Shown one piece after another: positions 59,701 through 64,000 of a DNA stretch of 64,000 nt. Source of the DNA: Bdellovibrionales bacterium (GTDB taxonomy: Bacteria > Bdellovibrionota > Bdellovibrionia > Bdellovibrionales > UBA1609); NCBI GenBank assembly GCA_965203095.1, contig OZ241877.1:704001-768000 (forward strand). The letters run 5' to 3'. Position 1 is the stretch's first letter. The number at the start of each line of letters is the position of its first letter. The translations under genes and the position numbers were made by a program. A model generated the notes under the pieces. It made no database searches and had not been told where the DNA came from. It saw only the letters and a list, made by a program, of their open reading frames with translations.

Positions 59701-60666
59701 ATGCTCAGTTGGCCCGATTTTAAAGAAAAACAAATTGTATTAGCTCTACTGAGTCATGGAGATAAATTGAGTTTTAGAAACGACAATGTTATTATTACTG
59801 ATGAGAACAAAAAAATAAAACATCAATCCACTTGTTATCGCTTGTTTTCTTTATTTGTTATAGGTCACTCCAATATTACGACTGGCTTACTGGCAAGAGC
59901 TAAAAAATTTGGTTTTAGTATAGTTTTTATGAATCATAGTTTGAAACCTTATGCCTTTTGGGGAGTGCCGGCAGAGGGAAATACACTTTTAAGGAGAAGG
60001 CAATACAGTTATACTTCCTTAGATATAGCTGTTGGCTTGGTTAAAAACAAAATAGGCAATCAAAAAAGAGCTTTGCAAAAGACTCGCGATAAAGATAAGC
60101 AAATTCAGGAAACTATCCAGTCTTTATCTCAATATACTAAAAAACTGTCGACAAACAATTTATCACTCAAAGAGATTTTAGGGGTTGAGGGCATTGCTTC
60201 AAAAATTTATTTTCAGTCTTTGTTTAAAAATTTTAGATGGAGAGCCAGAAAGCCGCGGGCCAAAATAGATATAAGCAACTGCCTTTTGGATATAGGTTAT
60301 ACTTTATTGTTTAATTTTATGGAGGGCCTTTTAAGTTTGTATGGCTTTGATGTTTATAAAGGGGTTTATCATACAGAATTTTATCAGAGGAAATCTTTAG
60401 TTTGTGATTTGATAGAACCTTTTCGCCCGCTCATTGATTATAGACTGAGAAAGGCTTACAAATTAAATCAAATTAAGGAAAATGATTTTAATGTGTCCCA
60501 AGGCCAATATAGGATTTTTGGCAAAAAAAGTTTGCCTTATCTTGGTTTTTTTATTGAAGAGCTTATTTCAAACAAAGAAGAAGTTTTTAAATATGTTCAG
60601 TCTTATTATCGAAGTTTTATTAGAGACGCGACTATAAGCAAATACCCTTATTTTTATGCTATATAA
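59701..60666 (+). CDS. cas1: CRISPR-associated integrase Cas1
   Basis: GNTLLRRRQY, LGVEG, NCLLDIGYT, GVYH..RKSLVCDLIEPFR. Confidence 0.96.
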   Translation: MLSWPDFKEKQIVLALLSHGDKLSFRNDNVIITDENKKIKHQSTCYRLFSLFVIGHSNITTGLLARAKKFGFSIVFMNHSLKPYAFWGVPAEGNTLLRRRQYSYTSLDIAVGLVKNKIGNQKRALQKTRDKDKQIQETIQSLSQYTKKLSTNNLSLKEILGVEGIASKIYFQSLFKNFRWRARKPRAKIDISNCLLDIGYTLLFNFMEGLLSLYGFDVYKGVYHTEFYQRKSLVCDLIEPFRPLIDYRLRKAYKLNQIKENDFNVSQGQYRIFGKKSLPYLGFFIEELISNKEEVFKYVQSYYRSFIRDATISKYPYFYAI

Positions 60667-60678
60667 TGGGGGAGGAGT

Positions 60679-60954
60679 ATGTTAATTGTCTCTTATGACA
60701 TTTCCGACAACAAAACCAGAACTTTGTTTTCAAAATTCTTAAATAAATTTGGATATAGATTGCAATACTCTGTTTTTAAGTTAAAAAACAGCCAAAGGAT
60801 TTTAAAAAACATTATAACAGAAATAAATGAGAAATTTGCTAAAAAATTTATAGAAACAGACAGTGTGATGATATTTTCTTTGAGTAGACAGTGTAAAGTT
60901 TTCTCTTATGGATATGCCAAAAACGAAGAAAAGGATTTTATACTTGTTTTATAA
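60679..60954 (+). CDS. cas2: CRISPR-associated protein Cas2
   Basis: MLIVSYDISDNK.R..FGYRLQYSVF..DSV. Confidence 0.96.
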   Translation: MLIVSYDISDNKTRTLFSKFLNKFGYRLQYSVFKLKNSQRILKNIITEINEKFAKKFIETDSVMIFSLSRQCKVFSYGYAKNEEKDFILVL

Positions 60955-61169
60955 AATAAAAAGACTTAAAATTATACAATATCTGCTATAAACAGGCTGA
61001 AAAAGCCTTTAAACCAGTGGAAAATAACGGAATAGTGCTTTTTTGAAAAATAATACTTGCAAAGCTCTGTCTTTATGTTAAAATTTAGAAAATGTTATTT
61101 GAAAACTGAAGAAAAAAGGCCTCTTTTTGGCCTAAAAAATCTGAATCTGCAAATAAATGCAGATTTAGG
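60955..61169 (+). promoter_or_regulatory. AT-rich CRISPR leader
   Basis: Non-coding AT-rich stretch between cas2 and repeat 1; TTGCAA..TAAAAT sigma70-like boxes near 61057-61084; IR AATCTGCA-N6-TGCAGATT at 61144-61165. Confidence 0.7.
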
Positions 61170-61705
61170 ATTTAACAGGCCATTTTAATTTCTACTATTG
61201 TAGATATCTTAACCCCTTTTCTCCTATATTTATTTAACAGGCCATTTTAATTTCTACTATTGTAGATGTTGGTGCTTTTTTTGTAGAAGTAAAAAATTTA
61301 ACAGGCCATTTTAATTTCTACTATTGTAGATGAAACAAGACTATAGTCCGTGTTAGCGGATTTAACAGGCCATTTTAATTTCTACTATTGTAGATCCGGC
61401 GGACTTAGCGTGTCCATAAGCATTTAACAGGCCATTTTAATTTCTACTATTGTAGATATGAAGATCGAGAAAAAGCCTATATTAATTTAACAGGCCATTT
61501 TAATTTCTACTATTGTAGATGACAGGGCTTAAAGGTGTTATTGGTGATTTAACAGGCCATTTTAATTTCTACTATTGTAGATATTTCATTGTCAGGCCCA
61601 TTACATTATTTAACAGGCCATTTTAATTTCTACTATTGTAGATGGTTTAGATAGTGAAACTTTAAGGAGATTTAACAGGCCATTTTAATTTCTACTATTG
61701 TAGAT
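61170..61705 (+). CRISPR. CRISPR array: 9 identical 36-nt repeats ATTTAACAGGCCATTTTAATTTCTACTATTGTAGAT, 8 spacers of 25-28 nt
   Basis: Repeats start at 61170, 61232, 61296, 61360, 61422, 61485, 61547, 61608, 61670; the 3' end is the Cas12a-type handle AATTTCTACTATTGTAGAT. Confidence 0.99.
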
Positions 61706-61904
61706 ATCATAACTACGTCTACTACCTTAGTTTAATGACCTATAAGTCATTTTAGTCACGACTTTTTGGCTTTTTCTGCCATTATGGCCGGATGGCCTTC
61801 TGAATGTGGGAAAGCGGGCCGGAGGATAAAACTCAAATGTTGATTTTGAAGGATAAATTCCAAAATAGTCTTGACTTTTTTGGAATCTGATCCAAAATAG
61901 TCTT

Positions 61905-62195
61905 ATGAAGAAAAAACTTTTTTATCGCTTAAATCAGGCTGTTTTGCTTAAGGATCTCAAACAAAAAATGGTCTTTCTGACAGGTCCTCGGCAAGTCGGA
62001 AAAACATGGCTATCTAAAAAAATAATGAAATATTATAAAAATCCAGTTTATCTAAACTACGACTCTTTTAAAGACAGAGAAATTATTGACAAGCAATCTT
62101 GGCTGAAATCCTCAGATCTTATTGTTTTTGATGAGATTCATAAAAATGAAGGAATTTTATTATACGGCAGAGCTTTTTTACAGACGACTAAATAA
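61905..62195 (+). pseudogene. Truncated AAA_14/DUF4143 ATPase (N-terminus only)
   Basis: GPRQVGKT and VFDEIHK present; similarity to 44917-46056 ends after Walker B. Confidence 0.8.
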
Positions 62196-62217
62196 CCATG
62201 AGCCTTGTTCAAATATT

Positions 62218-63045
62218 ATGAAAGTTTTAAGCCATCTTGGTTTTGTTTTTACCTTAGCAATTGCTTTTTATATTGTTTGTGTGGGAATCATGTATATTTT
62301 CCAGAGGAAATGGATTTATTTTCCATCAAAAACTCCTCCTTCGCTAAAGAGCTTTAAAGGAATTTACACTGAAGTTCAAAGCCAAACCTCAGATAAGTTG
62401 ACACTTACCCATTGGTTTGCTAAACAGCAGGCCCCCTATATCATGATCTTTCATGGCAATGCGGGAAATATTGAAAACAGAGCTTATAAATTCCAATTTT
62501 TAGTCGATCAGGGCTATTCTGTTTTTTTAGTCAGCTACCGAGGATATGGAGGAAATCCAGGGCACCCCACAGAATCGGATCTGATTGCTGACTCGGCTCA
62601 AGCACTTGAGCAACTGATTCAACAAGAAAAAATATCTTTTAAAAATGTGTTTCTTTTAGGAGAATCATTAGGCTCTGGCGTGGCTACAGCTTTAGCCACT
62701 CAATACCCGGTAGGGGGAGTAATTTTTGACGGAGCTTATTCATCAATAGCTGATGTGGGGCAATCAAGTCATCCTTTTCTCCCTGTCCGGTGGCTGATAA
62801 AAGACAGTTGGGATTCTCTGTCACGGATTCAAAAAATAAAATCTCCCACTCTTTTTATCCACTCAAAAAGAGATCCCATATTACCTTTTCGTTTTGCTCA
62901 AAAATTATTTCAAGCCACAAACAAACCTAAACAGTATGTATGGCTGGAAAAGTCAGGCCATAACGACAATCTGTCGTCAGAATCTGTTAGAAAATCTATT
63001 TTTAACTTTTTACAATCTTTTTCTCATCTTAACGAAAAAGAATAA
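62218..63045 (+). CDS. Alpha/beta hydrolase (ABHD13/BEM46-like) with N-terminal TM
   Basis: FHGNAGN, YRGYG, nucleophile GESLG, D and GHN catalytic residues. Confidence 0.88.
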   Translation: MKVLSHLGFVFTLAIAFYIVCVGIMYIFQRKWIYFPSKTPPSLKSFKGIYTEVQSQTSDKLTLTHWFAKQQAPYIMIFHGNAGNIENRAYKFQFLVDQGYSVFLVSYRGYGGNPGHPTESDLIADSAQALEQLIQQEKISFKNVFLLGESLGSGVATALATQYPVGGVIFDGAYSSIADVGQSSHPFLPVRWLIKDSWDSLSRIQKIKSPTLFIHSKRDPILPFRFAQKLFQATNKPKQYVWLEKSGHNDNLSSESVRKSIFNFLQSFSHLNEKE

Positions 63046-63090
63046 AGCAGAACTATCAAAAAGAATTTATCTAAAAAATAATAAAATTGT

Positions 63091-64000
63091 TTAAAACTTC
63101 ATTTTAGAAAGCCAAGGAGCGACTTTTCTTATTTCTATACCATTGGGAAATGTTTGTTCTCTTCTCAAGTTTTGAACCAGTTGAATGGCTTTAATATTTT
63201 GAAAATTCTTTAAAAAAACCTTCAATCCTTCAGAAATCTTTTTTTGAGATTTTTTAACTTCCAGCATAAGCACTGGCCGGCGATCCAAAGTGACGAAAAA
63301 ATCCACCTCTTTTTTATCCTTATTTCTTAAATAAAAAAGCTCATACTTTTCTCCTTTAGCGTCTTCCCGAAAATGAATCTCTTTTAAAAGAGCACAAGCT
63401 ATAAGATTTTCCAGCCTTACCGCTTTATCTCTTACTTGTGCAATATCATAAAAATAATACTTTGGAGCTTTAAGGAGTGAGCGAGCTACATTTTTATTCC
63501 AAGGAATCACTTTGAAAACAACATAAAGGTTTTCTAAAATTCTTAACCAATTTTGAACGGCTTTTGGCGAGCAATTTAAATCCTCTGCTAAAGAGGCATA
63601 AGAAATAGGAGAACCTACCCGATCTCTTAAAAGTTGAACAAGGGTCTCTATAGAAAAAACAGATCTGATACTTTCCATTGTGATAAGATCTTGACGCAAA
63701 ATAATATCTAAATGTGACCTTTTCCACTTTCCGTAAAAAGATATTTTAGATTTTAAAAAAGGTTCTGGGAAACCGCCAAAGTTTAATAATCTATCTAAAG
63801 CTTCTTCTCCAGGACAAATTTTTAGCCGAACAATCTCCTTAATATCAAATGGATGAAGGCGAAAATGAAAAAACCGGCCAGCCAAAGAATCTCCCATTCT
63901 TTTATAAATGTCTAAACGAGCACTTCCAGTCACTAAAATGCCGGGGGGCAAACCCTCTGTGTCATAAATTCCCTTGAGCCATAACTTCCAATCCTTTTTT
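63091..64000 (-). CDS. AAA_14 ATPase with DUF4143 domain (5' end beyond the window)
   Basis: Frame is open to the window edge (KKDWKLWLKGIYD..VTGSARLD), GGFPEP, KYYFYD, EVDFF..LEVK. Confidence 0.88.
   Translation of the reverse strand, partial: KKDWKLWLKGIYDTEGLPPGILVTGSARLDIYKRMGDSLAGRFFHFRLHPFDIKEIVRLKICPGEEALDRLLNFGGFPEPFLKSKISFYGKWKRSHLDIILRQDLITMESIRSVFSIETLVQLLRDRVGSPISYASLAEDLNCSPKAVQNWLRILENLYVVFKVIPWNKNVARSLLKAPKYYFYDIAQVRDKAVRLENLIACALLKEIHFREDAKGEKYELFYLRNKDKKEVDFFVTLDRRPVLMLEVKKSQKKISEGLKVFLKNFQNIKAIQLVQNLRREQTFPNGIEIRKVAPWLSKMKF

Noticed and set aside
63960..64000. Inversion joining the 61905 ATPase fragment to the 63091 ATPase
   Set aside because: The apparent complementarity of the two halves coincides with the window edge and cannot be assessed without downstream sequence

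Overview
AT-rich bacterial chromosomal segment. The gene content (SWIB protein, AgmX/TonB-C lipoprotein, mevalonate genes, long-type SAM decarboxylase, sigma28-like promoters, several Rpn copies) suggests a Bdellovibrionota/Oligoflexia-like organism; this is inference. Housekeeping blocks (tolQRA, dsbD, radA, map, bolA, dnaJ, tRNA-Leu/tRNA-Arg, rpmI-rplT-fni-mvaA, xth, FKBP, ftsW, fadE, speD-speE, nagZ) alternate with three accessory/defence regions. (1) 11.5-23.7 kb, downstream of the tRNAs: an AAA ATPase next to a helically phased tandem-repeat array, three Rpn copies, a frameshifted HNH gene, and a C5-methyltransferase plus a GHKL/MORC ATPase split by IS630. (2) 42-46.5 kb: a type II R-M pair, fic, an AAA/DUF4143 ATPase and a cluster of palindromic repeats. 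(3) 49.9-61.7 kb, the highlight: a complete type V CRISPR-Cas locus with TWO tandem effectors. An intact Cas12a (1402 aa) is followed 31 bp later by an unusually long (1436 aa) Cas12a2/Cms1-family nuclease resembling the Smithella-type (Cas12a3-like) clade. After it come an antisense hicBA toxin-antitoxin pair, cas4-cas1-cas2 and one array of 9 identical 36-nt repeats with the Cas12a handle. Both effectors carry in-frame insertions of a host palindromic repeat, and the second has an extra CxxC..CxxC motif. All family assignments come from motif recognition by eye, not database searches.
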